Positions 9,097 to 17,108 are shown, counted from the stretch's first letter. The stretch is 32,000 nt of DNA from Clostridia bacterium (GCA_017416485.1 JAFQCH010000009.1:81654-113653); one strand, 5' to 3'. Notes: a model not told the origin generated them from the letters alone. A program made the numbers and translations.

Positions 9097-10476
9097 TCAG
9101 CGGTAGGTGAACGGATCATACTGAATCCGTTGGTTGAGAGGATCATCCGTCAGTTCCCTCACAGGTGCGGCACGGGTCGGCGACACGGGCCGTGACATAC
9201 AAAAATAACGGAATGAGTCCGCAAAATGGTCTTCCATGTGCGTGTCCAGATCTTCGGGATCCGTCTGCGAAAACCGAAGCAGGGGCAGTGTGCGGATGGC
9301 ATGCTTACATGTGTTGAAAAAATACACCATCGGCAGACCGTTTTCGTCGAATGCAAGGCGATAATGACACTGCATCCAGCCCGACAGACGGCGGTTATCC
9401 CCTTTTGAGAAATACACAAAGTGGCGGTCGGCACTGTCAATGACGGCATTTCCCCTTGAATCATCCCATATAGACGGGTCGGCAACCCCCGTAATGCGGC
9501 GGTTTTTCAGCCATCGGTGCTCACACTCAATGCGGCGGATCTCCTTAAAAATGCGATCGGGATACCATCGCACCCCCTCATCGGGGTTTGCCGTACAACC
9601 GTACAGCTGTAAGATCAAATAAGCTCTGCCGTCATAGTCAATTGCCCACCAATCGCAGGAAAAGGGCTTGGAATAGCCGAAGTCAAAGGAACGCACAATG
9701 TTCCATTCGGGCGGTACTTCAAACGGTTCAATGACATGCGTCCATCGGCGTTCTTTGTAATATTCGGGGCGGTCAACGAAATCTTCAAAAAATTGCCCTT
9801 CAAAGATGTTCCAGTCCCCCTCCAGCCATGCTTTGCGCAGTTTCGGCGGCAAGGCTTCAAGCTGTTTTATGTAGTCAGGATCGCTTGACAGCAGGGCTTT
9901 GTTGTCGGTCACAAGCGATTGAATAAAAGAATATTCATCCGCATTTTCACCGCTGTTGTAGCTGCGGTCAATGAACAGCCGTTTGACCCATGCGTGTCCC
10001 TCGCCGCCGGGGTTGCAGGTCAGGTAAATGCGTTTGGGGAATTTGTTGACACCGCGCACACAGGCCTTGAAACGGTTGTACTGTTCTTCACTCAACTGCG
10101 TGGCTTCGTCCAAAAACAGCACATCCACTTCCGTTCCCTGATATTTGTCCACATCCTTTTCGGTCTGGCAGTGGCGGAACAAAATCACACTGCCGTTGGG
10201 AAACAAAAACTCCTTTGCCGTTTCCTTATAAACCGCAAGACTGCCCAGCATTTCCCGCAAAGGGGTGATGTGATTGGCACGCAGTTCCGGGTAGGTGTGG
10301 CGCACGATCATGATTTTGATGCCCGGATATTGCAGTGCAAGAAGCACCGATTTCACCCGCACTGCCCAGCTTTTGCCGCCGCCGCGTGCACCGCCGAAAG
10401 CCACATACTTGTGCGTGTCGCTCAAAAACAATTTTTGTTTTTCGTTGGGTGCGGGAATGTTCAGGGTATACTCCAT
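9097..10476 (-). CDS. terL: Terminase large subunit (459 aa)
   Basis: The track ORF extends to 10626, but that extension overlaps the upstream gene. ATG 10476 (MEYTLNIPAPNEKQKLFLSD...) follows GAAAGGAAAAAGCA. Walker A is FGGARGGGKSW and the Walker B-like motif is VDVLFLDEAT. The C-terminal nuclease half has acidic motifs (e.g. FDFGYSKPFSCDWWAID). Confidence 0.9.
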   Translation of the reverse strand: MEYTLNIPAPNEKQKLFLSDTHKYVAFGGARGGGKSWAVRVKSVLLALQYPGIKIMIVRHTYPELRANHITPLREMLGSLAVYKETAKEFLFPNGSVILFRHCQTEKDVDKYQGTEVDVLFLDEATQLSEEQYNRFKACVRGVNKFPKRIYLTCNPGGEGHAWVKRLFIDRSYNSGENADEYSFIQSLVTDNKALLSSDPDYIKQLEALPPKLRKAWLEGDWNIFEGQFFEDFVDRPEYYKERRWTHVIEPFEVPPEWNIVRSFDFGYSKPFSCDWWAIDYDGRAYLILQLYGCTANPDEGVRWYPDRIFKEIRRIECEHRWLKNRRITGVADPSIWDDSRGNAVIDSADRHFVYFSKGDNRRLSGWMQCHYRLAFDENGLPMVYFFNTCKHAIRTLPLLRFSQTDPEDLDTHMEDHFADSFRYFCMSRPVSPTRAAPVRELTDDPLNQRIQYDPFTYR

Positions 10477-10499
10477 TGCTTTTTCCTTTCTGCCTGCCC

Positions 10500-10763
10500 T
10501 TATTTCGTGAATTCCTCGGCATCCAGAAAACGCACCGTAATACGGTTGGTTTCTGCAGATTTTTGCGCTTCCCGTTCGCCGAGGCTTTTGACGAGCGCCG
10601 TCAGTTCCTTTGCGGCGCTCGTCCATTCCTTGATACTGCGGATTTCTGCCTTTTCCCCGTCGGCACCGCTTATTTCCTCATGCAATGTCCGGACCAGTGC
10701 ATCGGCAGTAAGCAATAACGTGTCAAGCAGGGCATCGGCGGAAACGTTCGGTTTCTTTTTCAA
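10500..10763 (-). CDS. Small terminase-like / hypothetical protein (about 87 aa), first ORF of the late module
   Basis: ORF track gives 10500..10769 (GTG). TTG at 10763 has better spacing to AAGGAGAT. It lies 23 nt upstream of terL. The sequence is helical and charged (EKAEIRSIKEWTSAAKELTALVKSLGEREAQK). I see no HTH, and it is much shorter than typical TerS. The function is positional inference only. Confidence 0.4.
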   Translation of the reverse strand: MKKKPNVSADALLDTLLLTADALVRTLHEEISGADGEKAEIRSIKEWTSAAKELTALVKSLGEREAQKSAETNRITVRFLDAEEFTK

Positions 10764-10866
10764 AAACACATCTCCTTATGTGGGTTTGCATTGCCCGTCC
10801 CGCAGTGTCTGCATAGTAGCAGAATGCAAAAGAAATTTCTGCCCCGCTTTTTCACCCCCGACATGC

Positions 10867-10892
10867 AAAAAAGCCCGTCATATCGGGCTTTT
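10867..10892. terminator. Short bidirectional hairpin terminator candidate between the phage module and the divergent gene
   Basis: AAAAAAGCCCG-tcatat-CGGGCTTTT. The GC stem is only 5 bp but is extended by A/T pairs. There is a T-run on the plus strand and a T6 run on the minus strand. It lies about 100 nt upstream (in the minus sense) of the first late ORF. Confidence 0.4.
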
Positions 10893-11002
10893 CAAGGGGT
10901 AAAAATTTTGAATTTTTGTAAAAAAGGTTTATTTGGTTTTTTGTATATTTCATATATCCGATATAACAAAATCAACAGAATCTTGTTTTTCTGATGTCTT
11001 TC

Positions 11003-11031
11003 TTGACAATCCTTTCCGATGGTGATAAAAT
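11003..11031 (+). promoter_or_regulatory. Sigma-A-type promoter for the LCAT-like gene
   Basis: TTGACA (11003-11008), 17-nt spacer, TAAAAT (11026-11031) preceded by TGa (extended -10). It lies about 30 nt upstream of the RBS. Confidence 0.55.
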
Positions 11032-11059
11032 ATCATCATCGGAAACATTGGAGATGATT

Positions 11060-12730
11060 ATGATGAAAAAACTGATTTCGCTTCTGCTGACAATTGCGAT
11101 TTTCGTTGCCGTTGCTGTACCTGCCATGGCAGCAGCCGTTAACCCCGAACTTGTTCCCATGATTTATATCCGCGGCAACGGCGAAGCGATTTATGATGAA
11201 AACGGCAATCAGGTCACAGTGGATTTGGACACTCTTTCCGTCAACGGAAACACGGACGGTATCGACAAGGACACCCTTATCGAAAGCTGTGCCAACATTC
11301 TGCTTCCGTTCCTGACCGAAGGTCTGCTGATGGACAAATGGGATTCCTACGGCGATGCATTGTATGAGGAAATTGCACCGCTGTTTGAAAAGGGCCACCT
11401 GGACGGCAACGGCAATCCCATGTACGGCACGGGAGTTCACCCCAACGTGCTTGCCTCCTCCGAAGCTGCAGCAAAAAGAAATTACGGTACAGACGGCAGA
11501 TTCGATCTGTATGACTACAACTTTGCTTACGACTGGCGTCTGTCGCCCTATGACCACGTGGACAGACTGCATACATATGTGCAGACCGTTATGGCAGCCA
11601 CGGGTGCAAAACAGGTCAGCATTGTTGCAAGATGCTTCGGCGGCAGCCTGCTGATGGCATATCTTGAAAAATACGGCAGCCTCGGCCATGTCAAAAATGC
11701 TTTCTTCGCAGATGTGCTTTCCAACGGAACGGCAACCATCAGCCATGCCATGAGCGGCAAGCTTTATTTTGATTCCAATGCCCTTTACCGCTACATGAAC
11801 AATCTGACCTACTGCGGTCAGACGGGTGTCGGCAACGGCTTTGTGCTTACCGACCTTGTCACTGAAATCATTTTCACAACCGTTGATCTGTTCAATCAGG
11901 TCGGTATAACCGATACCTTTATCGGCTCGGTTGAACTGCTGTATCAGAAGCTTTATGAAGCGCTCATGCCTGCTCTTTTGTCTGCCGTCGGCATGGCAAC
12001 CCAGGCAAACTACTGGACTTGCATATATGAAGAAGACTTCGAAGATGCAATCATTCTGATGTTCGGCGATGAAAACGATGCACGCAGAACCGAATATGCA
12101 GGTCTGATCGAAAAAATCCGATATTATTACGACCATGTCACCTCGTGCCTGCCCGAGCTGTACAAAACCTTCAGCGAGGACTACGGCATTCATATCGGCT
12201 TTACCGCAAAATACGGCTACACAAACGCACCCTACGGCCCGGGACAAAACGATATGACGGATGCCCTTGTCAGCCTCAAGGATGCCGCTTACGGCGCTAC
12301 CTGCGCAGAAGTTCACAAGACCCTGTCTGATGAATACATTCAGTCGCGCATTGACGCAGGCTACAGCGCTTACATCTCTCCCGACAAAAAGGTGGACCTT
12401 TCCACCTGCGCATTCCCCGACACCACCTGGATCGTCAAGAATGCACATCACAATCATTTTGAAGTCGTCAGCGAACAGCTTGCCGCCGATTTCTGCCGCA
12501 GCACCGGCATGACCGTGCAGAACAATGCTGACTATCCGCAGTTTGCCGTTTTTGACGACACAACAAACACCTGGACGGCCATGACAGAAGACAACTGCGC
12601 CGATTTCGACTGGCTTCATGTTGCACAGGAACAACCCACCAAAATCACCCGCCTGCAAGCATTGTTCCGTTGGCTGTACGCCATCATCCCCGTTATTATC
12701 GCATGGTTCTCATCCCTGTTCGGCAATTAA
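11060..12730 (+). CDS. Secreted LCAT-like / lipase-like alpha/beta-fold protein with a non-canonical nucleophile elbow (556 aa)
   Basis: The track start 10994 lies upstream of the promoter. ATG 11060 (MMKKLISLLLTIAIFVAVAVPAMAAAV...) follows GGAG plus 6 nt and gives a clean signal peptide. The motif FAYDWRLSP, then VSIVARCFGGSLL, fits the LCAT/PGAP1-like pattern YDWR ... AHSMGG but with Arg-Cys in place of His-Ser. The C-terminal tail ALFRWLYAIIPVIIAWFSSLFGN is hydrophobic and aromatic. Confidence 0.7.
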   Translation: MMKKLISLLLTIAIFVAVAVPAMAAAVNPELVPMIYIRGNGEAIYDENGNQVTVDLDTLSVNGNTDGIDKDTLIESCANILLPFLTEGLLMDKWDSYGDALYEEIAPLFEKGHLDGNGNPMYGTGVHPNVLASSEAAAKRNYGTDGRFDLYDYNFAYDWRLSPYDHVDRLHTYVQTVMAATGAKQVSIVARCFGGSLLMAYLEKYGSLGHVKNAFFADVLSNGTATISHAMSGKLYFDSNALYRYMNNLTYCGQTGVGNGFVLTDLVTEIIFTTVDLFNQVGITDTFIGSVELLYQKLYEALMPALLSAVGMATQANYWTCIYEEDFEDAIILMFGDENDARRTEYAGLIEKIRYYYDHVTSCLPELYKTFSEDYGIHIGFTAKYGYTNAPYGPGQNDMTDALVSLKDAAYGATCAEVHKTLSDEYIQSRIDAGYSAYISPDKKVDLSTCAFPDTTWIVKNAHHNHFEVVSEQLAADFCRSTGMTVQNNADYPQFAVFDDTTNTWTAMTEDNCADFDWLHVAQEQPTKITRLQALFRWLYAIIPVIIAWFSSLFGN

Positions 12731-12747
12731 AAGACTGCAAAACAAAA

Positions 12748-12786
12748 GCATCCTTTCGCAAAAAAAACGAAAGGATGCTTTTTTTA
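12748..12786 (+). terminator. Rho-independent terminator
   Basis: GCATCCTTTCG-9 nt loop-CGAAAGGATGC (perfect 11-bp stem) followed by T7, 18 nt after the stop codon. Confidence 0.75.
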
Positions 12787-12790
12787 TTTA

Positions 12791-12820
12791 TTGACAATTC
12801 GTCTTTTGCTATGTTAAAAT
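12791..12820 (+). promoter_or_regulatory. Sigma-A-type promoter for the zinc-ribbon/Big_2/GPH/TetR operon
   Basis: TTGACA (12791-12796), 18-nt spacer ending in TGt, TAAAAT (12815-12820). Confidence 0.5.
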
Positions 12821-12846
12821 AAATAAAATAAAACAAATATAAAGGG

Positions 12847-13737
12847 GTGTTTTGTTTGGTTTGTCCGAAATGCGGCATCGAGATTGCCCGCTTTGACCTC
12901 GCTCCCAACTGCAAAAAATGCGGTGTGCACATCATGTACTACACGCAGGAAGAAGACCTTGCAAGAGATGCAAAACAATGCGAGCTTGAATTTGCCAAAA
13001 TGCACGTTCTGACCGACAAAATCAAAATCGGCTTCATCAAGAACAAATTTGCACTGGCAAGATTGATCGTCATTTTAATCGGTGCAGGCTGCCTGTTTTT
13101 GCCTTACATGACCGCCAATGTGAATCTGCCGTTCTGGTCGCAGAAAATCACCGTCAGCGCATGGGGGGCATACAAACTGTTCTCCGACGGCATTCTGCCC
13201 CAGTTCATGAACTTCCTCAAAGCAGAGGTTGCGCAAGACCTTGTGATGCTGTTAACAGCAGGACTTGTGCTGTTTGTTGTGCTTGTGCTTGTGCTGCTGG
13301 GTGTTTTTGTGACTTTGTTGGTCGGGTTCCTGAACCTGCCCAAAAGTTGCCGTGTGATGAACGGCCTGAGCATTGCATCCGCTGTTCTTTGCGTGGGCGG
13401 TATTGTGCTTTCCGCCATCACAAGCAGCACCATCGCAGACAGTGCACATTTTTCAGTGTCTTTGGGATTCGGCTATTTTGCCATGCTCGCGCTGCTGATC
13501 GCCCTCATCGTTATCAATGTTTTGTTATATAAAGACAATCCGCAGCCGCAAACAAAGCCCATTGACCTGGAACGCATTGAAATCCTCAAGAAAGTAAAAA
13601 GCGGCGAAATTTCACTGGATGACCTTCCGCTGCCCGTTTGCTACAGCGAAGAAGAAGAGCTTGCCCGCACCCAGTTCATAGGTGCAAGCAAAAAGAAAGA
13701 AAAGAAATCAAAGAAAGGCAGGGACAACAATGGCTGA
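12847..13737 (+). CDS. Zinc-ribbon polytopic membrane protein (about 293-296 aa)
   Basis: ORF track (GTG 12847). TTG at 12856 (MVCPKCG...) has better spacing to AAAGGGG. The N-terminus has CPKCG-x13-CKKCG (two CxxC pairs, a zinc ribbon), followed by 4-5 hydrophobic spans (e.g. LLTAGLVLFVVLVLVLLGVFVTLLVGFL). The C-terminal tail is polybasic (ASKKKEKKSKKGRDNNG). Confidence 0.7.
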   Translation: MFCLVCPKCGIEIARFDLAPNCKKCGVHIMYYTQEEDLARDAKQCELEFAKMHVLTDKIKIGFIKNKFALARLIVILIGAGCLFLPYMTANVNLPFWSQKITVSAWGAYKLFSDGILPQFMNFLKAEVAQDLVMLLTAGLVLFVVLVLVLLGVFVTLLVGFLNLPKSCRVMNGLSIASAVLCVGGIVLSAITSSTIADSAHFSVSLGFGYFAMLALLIALIVINVLLYKDNPQPQTKPIDLERIEILKKVKSGEISLDDLPLPVCYSEEEELARTQFIGASKKKEKKSKKGRDNNG

Positions 13738-15004
13738 AAACAAAGGCATCAACGCACTGCCGATGAAATATAAAATTGCCCTGCTTGCACTTTGCCCCTT
13801 GCTGATTATTGCACTTTGTTCAGGAACAATCATCCTGTATGCAGGCACACTGGTCGAAGAAGGGGTATACACACCGCCCGCAGAGCAGGTCGCATACTTG
13901 AGCGAAGCCCCCGAAAGCAACGAAGACCGCCTGACTGCGGCAAACAAATTGCTTGCAACCGCACAGCAATGCGGTGAAACACAGATCACGGGCAACACCT
14001 CCGTTGACCTGCACGACCTGACAAGCGACCTGAACGAAGCACAGACAAATCTTCTGCTGTTTGCATCAGGCTCCATCGAAAGCGGAATGGCAGGTATGAC
14101 TGAAAACAAATCCCTTACATACGGCGAAACCGCCGACCTCTTCCCTGCCCTCGCTTCCGACAAAATCGACCTGACGCAGGACACTGTGTTCACCTACACC
14201 GCAGAGATTGAAAATCCCTTCACACACGAAGACGGAACCCTGATTGCAAAAACGGAAGAAACCTTTGCAACGGTACTGACGGTTGACAAAAAGGAAATCA
14301 CCCTCACCGAAAGCAAAGCAGACCTCACCCTTGACCCCGTCACAGACCGCTTGCAGAATGTGACCTACACCCGCACATATCATATGGACTACACCGTGAC
14401 ATTCATCGGCGACCTCTCTGCACTCGGCACCAAAACACTCGCCTTTGACTGCACACTCACAAGCCGTTACGACATTGCATGGGCAGGTATTACGATCGGT
14501 CAGAGCCGCATTTCGCTCGACAAGACCGGTTATCAGGCACTCAACCTGACCGTCAACAAAGCCGCGGATGCCCCCGCCGACAGCTACTCTCTGACCTTTG
14601 TTTCCTCCGACGAAAGCATTGCCACCGTGGATGAACAGGGTGTGGTGGAAGCCGTTGCGTTGAGCGACAAAAAAGTGACCGTAACCGCAACCCTCGAATA
14701 TCTCGGCAAAACCTACACCGATTCCTGCGAGGTGCTTGTGATCATTCAGCCCGAAAGTGTGAAAATGCACTCCAAGGCACAGACGCTTCAAATCGGCGAA
14801 ACAACACAGCTTTCCGCTTCGGTAGAGCCCGAAAAGGCAAGCATCAAAACCATCATCTGGTATTCACCCGATGAAAGTGTGGCAACCGTGGACGAAAACG
14901 GCGTTGTCACCGCCGTAGGCGAAGGCAAGGTGCAGATCATAGCAGTCAGCGAAATCGGAACATACATGGCAGGCTGCAACATCACAGTTGAAGGAGGTGC
15001 TTAA
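13730..15004 (+). CDS. Membrane-anchored surface protein with two C-terminal bacterial Ig-like (Big_2) domains (424 aa)
   Basis: The start is moved to ATG 13730 (MAENKGINALPMKYKIALLALCPLLIIALCSGTIILYA...), which overlaps the upstream stop as ATGGCTGA. There is a single N-terminal TM. Two Big_2-type signatures are present: LTFVSSDESIATVDEQGVVEAV and IIWYSPDESVATVDENGVVTAVGEGKVQIIA. Confidence 0.75.
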   Translation: MAENKGINALPMKYKIALLALCPLLIIALCSGTIILYAGTLVEEGVYTPPAEQVAYLSEAPESNEDRLTAANKLLATAQQCGETQITGNTSVDLHDLTSDLNEAQTNLLLFASGSIESGMAGMTENKSLTYGETADLFPALASDKIDLTQDTVFTYTAEIENPFTHEDGTLIAKTEETFATVLTVDKKEITLTESKADLTLDPVTDRLQNVTYTRTYHMDYTVTFIGDLSALGTKTLAFDCTLTSRYDIAWAGITIGQSRISLDKTGYQALNLTVNKAADAPADSYSLTFVSSDESIATVDEQGVVEAVALSDKKVTVTATLEYLGKTYTDSCEVLVIIQPESVKMHSKAQTLQIGETTQLSASVEPEKASIKTIIWYSPDESVATVDENGVVTAVGEGKVQIIAVSEIGTYMAGCNITVEGGA

Positions 15005-15006
15005 AT

Positions 15007-16497
15007 ATGGACGAAAATAAAGTAAAAGTACAAAACAACGACGGCACAAATCTGCCCAATGTTTACGAAAATTACAACTACGTTTCCACCAAGGAAAGTG
15101 TGGCGTATCTTCTCAACGACGTTTCCAACACCTTCAACATCAACGGTTTCCAGGAACGTTTTATCTGGGACGTTGTTAAAATCGACTTCACCATTTCCGC
15201 CATTGTCAACATCTTCACAAGTGCATGGGATATTTTCAACGATATCATCCTTGCCACGGTGGTGGACAGCACCCGCACCAGAATCGGTAAATTCCGTCCG
15301 TATCTGCTGGGACTTCAGATTCCGCTGACATTGCTCGGCGCACTTTATTGGATGTTGCCCGTTTTCTTCCCGAACACCTCGGCTACCTATGTGCCGAAAC
15401 TTATTTTCTATTTTGCATTCAGCGTTATCAACGAAACCGCCTCCACCGCCATTTCCCTTGCAAAAGGCGGCTACCATTCCACCATCACCCCCAACCCGAA
15501 TGAACGTGTGCGACTGATTACTCTGGTTGAATTACTTTCAGGGTATCTCGGCGAAGATCTGCCTCGTTATATTTTCGGTGCTTTGTATGACCTCATTGTC
15601 AACAAAATAATCAACTGGAAATTAAGCTCCGCTTTCATGACCTTCGGCATCGGCACAAGCCTGTTCTCCTCGATTCTGACACTGTATTTCTTCCTTGTTT
15701 CCAAGGAACGTGTGCCGCAGTCCATTGAAAAGCCCAACATCAAAGAGGGCCTGCATGCAATCGTGACAAACTATCCCGTGCTTCTGATGTGCCTGTCGGA
15801 TTTCCTCGGCGGATTCAGCGTGGGCACAAGCGAAACGAACTACTTCATCGACGTGTTTGGTTCCTATTCCCTTATTACCCTCGCAAATGCACCGTCCTCG
15901 TTCAACGGTTCCATCAGCTATGCCTTCGTTGGTCCCCTGCGCCGCAGATTCTCCTCAAAAGCCATCTGGGTCGGCTCGGACATTTACGGCGACATTCTGA
16001 ACATCGGCTATTTCCTGTTCGGCATCATTAACCGCAATTACACCAAGATGATCCCCATGGTCGTTGCCGTGGGTGTGCGTGAGTTCATGGGCAAATGGAC
16101 ATTCGGTGTCAACAAGGTCATCAATGCCGACCTGTGGAACGAAGCCATGGACTATTGCGAATGGAAAAACGGCTACCGCATGGAAGCCACCACCAGCGTT
16201 GCCAAGAGCCTCGTGCTGAAAGTGCAGGGTTCACTTATGAATTCCGTACGCAGCCTCGTGCTCAAGAAGATCGGCTATGTGCAGGGACTTGAAATCGGCA
16301 CACAGGACAACCGCACCAAATTCTGGCTGTTTGCACTGTGCTCCGTCGTTCCCGTCATCACGGGTGCTCTCGGTATCATCCCGAAGTTCCTGTGGCCGCT
16401 GACCAAAGAAAAACGCAATCAGATGTACAAAGACCTCGCCCAACGCCGCGAACAGCTTGTCACGAGCGCCGCTGTTGCAGACGGAACATCGGATTAA
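15007..16497 (+). CDS. MFS-type transporter of the glycoside-pentoside-hexuronide (GPH):cation symporter family (496 aa)
   Basis: The RBS GGAGGTG lies inside the end of the previous gene, with a 2-nt intergenic gap. The GPH loop 2-3 signature is DSTRTRIGKFRPYLL (compare DxTxxRxGKFRPWLL in MelB-type carriers). Multiple hydrophobic spans run throughout. Confidence 0.8.
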   Translation: MDENKVKVQNNDGTNLPNVYENYNYVSTKESVAYLLNDVSNTFNINGFQERFIWDVVKIDFTISAIVNIFTSAWDIFNDIILATVVDSTRTRIGKFRPYLLGLQIPLTLLGALYWMLPVFFPNTSATYVPKLIFYFAFSVINETASTAISLAKGGYHSTITPNPNERVRLITLVELLSGYLGEDLPRYIFGALYDLIVNKIINWKLSSAFMTFGIGTSLFSSILTLYFFLVSKERVPQSIEKPNIKEGLHAIVTNYPVLLMCLSDFLGGFSVGTSETNYFIDVFGSYSLITLANAPSSFNGSISYAFVGPLRRRFSSKAIWVGSDIYGDILNIGYFLFGIINRNYTKMIPMVVAVGVREFMGKWTFGVNKVINADLWNEAMDYCEWKNGYRMEATTSVAKSLVLKVQGSLMNSVRSLVLKKIGYVQGLEIGTQDNRTKFWLFALCSVVPVITGALGIIPKFLWPLTKEKRNQMYKDLAQRREQLVTSAAVADGTSD

Positions 16498-16526
16498 AGA
16501 ACAGATGCACCTAACAGGTATTTATA

Positions 16527-17108
16527 ATGGATAAAACAATTGTCAACAAAAACCATATAGCAGATGCGTTGATTGAACTGTTGCAGGACAACACCGTTGA
16601 AACCATTACTGTTTCACAGCTCACGGAAAAAGCACAAATCGGCAAAAGCACATTTTACCGCACATTTTCGGATATTTATGAAGTGTTTGACTATCTGTTC
16701 TGCGATTTCTGCGAGCGTTGTCTTCACATTATGACCAAACTCTTTTTATACAAGGATGTTCCGCACGTTTTGACAGAAAGAAAGACACTGATGCCGGCTG
16801 CGGAAATTTTCAATCAGTTCGGCCTGTTGCCCAAAGACACCGCACTGATGCAATATCTGTTCCGCACCAACAACATCCGCTTGTTGAAACAACTGATCGA
16901 CCGTTTTCAGCAAAGCACCGTTCCGTTGGCACAACAAGCTGGTTTTGATCCGCAAAAAGCATCCTACTTTGCAAGATTCATCGCAAACGGCACGGTCTTT
17001 TCAATGCTCGAATCGTACAGGCGGCAGGATACCATCGACACGGATATCATTTTATTTTTGCTGTCCCTTGACATTACCGCCATACTTCCGGGAGGTGATT
17101 CGCAATGA
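16527..17108 (+). CDS. TetR/AcrR-family transcriptional regulator (193 aa)
   Basis: The N-terminal HTH ITVSQLTEKAQIGKSTFYRTFSDIYEV fits the TetR_N pattern (T..+IA..AGVS+GTFY.+F..K). Confidence 0.8.
   Translation: MDKTIVNKNHIADALIELLQDNTVETITVSQLTEKAQIGKSTFYRTFSDIYEVFDYLFCDFCERCLHIMTKLFLYKDVPHVLTERKTLMPAAEIFNQFGLLPKDTALMQYLFRTNNIRLLKQLIDRFQQSTVPLAQQAGFDPQKASYFARFIANGTVFSMLESYRRQDTIDTDIILFLLSLDITAILPGGDSQ

Larger units (their letters stand above)
1..10800 (-). mobile_element. Prophage or prophage-remnant late region (packaging, head, virion, lysis); left end is outside the window
   Basis: About 16 co-directional, overlapping or closely abutting genes with recognisable TerL, Prp, N4-type MCP and GH25 lysin. 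The right boundary is placed where the operon ends and a divergent host-like gene with its own promoter begins. Confidence 0.75.

Noticed and set aside
10477-10626. 50-aa N-terminal extension of the TerL ORF (MDERRKGTDGARQKPRR...)
   Set aside because: It overlaps the 3' end of the upstream ORF in another frame and has no RBS. The internal ATG at 10476 has an RBS and begins just upstream of the conserved terminase N-terminus.
3579-10902. Plus-strand ORFs of 300-380 aa inside the phage module (3579-4496, 5327-6436, 7631-8776, 9919-10902), plus similar ones at 14066-14791, 21810-22835, 22947-23624, 27994-28878 and 31116-31790
   Set aside because: All are codon-aligned mirrors of well-supported genes on the other strand. 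They lack RBSs and have low-complexity, Cys/His/Arg/Gly-rich translations.
10770-11000. AT-rich spacer between the phage module and host-like genes as a possible att site, tRNA or small RNA
   Set aside because: I could fold no tRNA-like cloverleaf and saw no repeat of this segment elsewhere in the window. The track ORF here (10791-10994, 67 aa) runs through the hairpin terminator and has no RBS. The att question cannot be settled without the other prophage end.
10994-11059. Upstream extension of the LCAT-like ORF (MSFLTILSDGDKISSSETLEMI)
   Set aside because: The ATG at 10994 lies upstream of the predicted -35/-10 promoter elements, which fall inside this stretch. The RBS and signal peptide begin at 11060.
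11036-12658. 540-aa minus-strand ORF opposite the LCAT-like gene
   Set aside because: It is a codon-aligned antisense shadow with no start context and a Cys/Gly/Val-rich nonsense composition. The plus-strand gene carries the promoter, RBS, signal peptide and terminator.
12847-13737. Zinc-ribbon membrane protein as a zinc-binding anti-sigma factor
   Set aside because: The motif is two CxxC pairs (rubredoxin/zinc-ribbon type), not the HxxxCxxC of ZAS anti-sigma factors. No ECF sigma gene is adjacent, and the protein is polytopic rather than single-pass.
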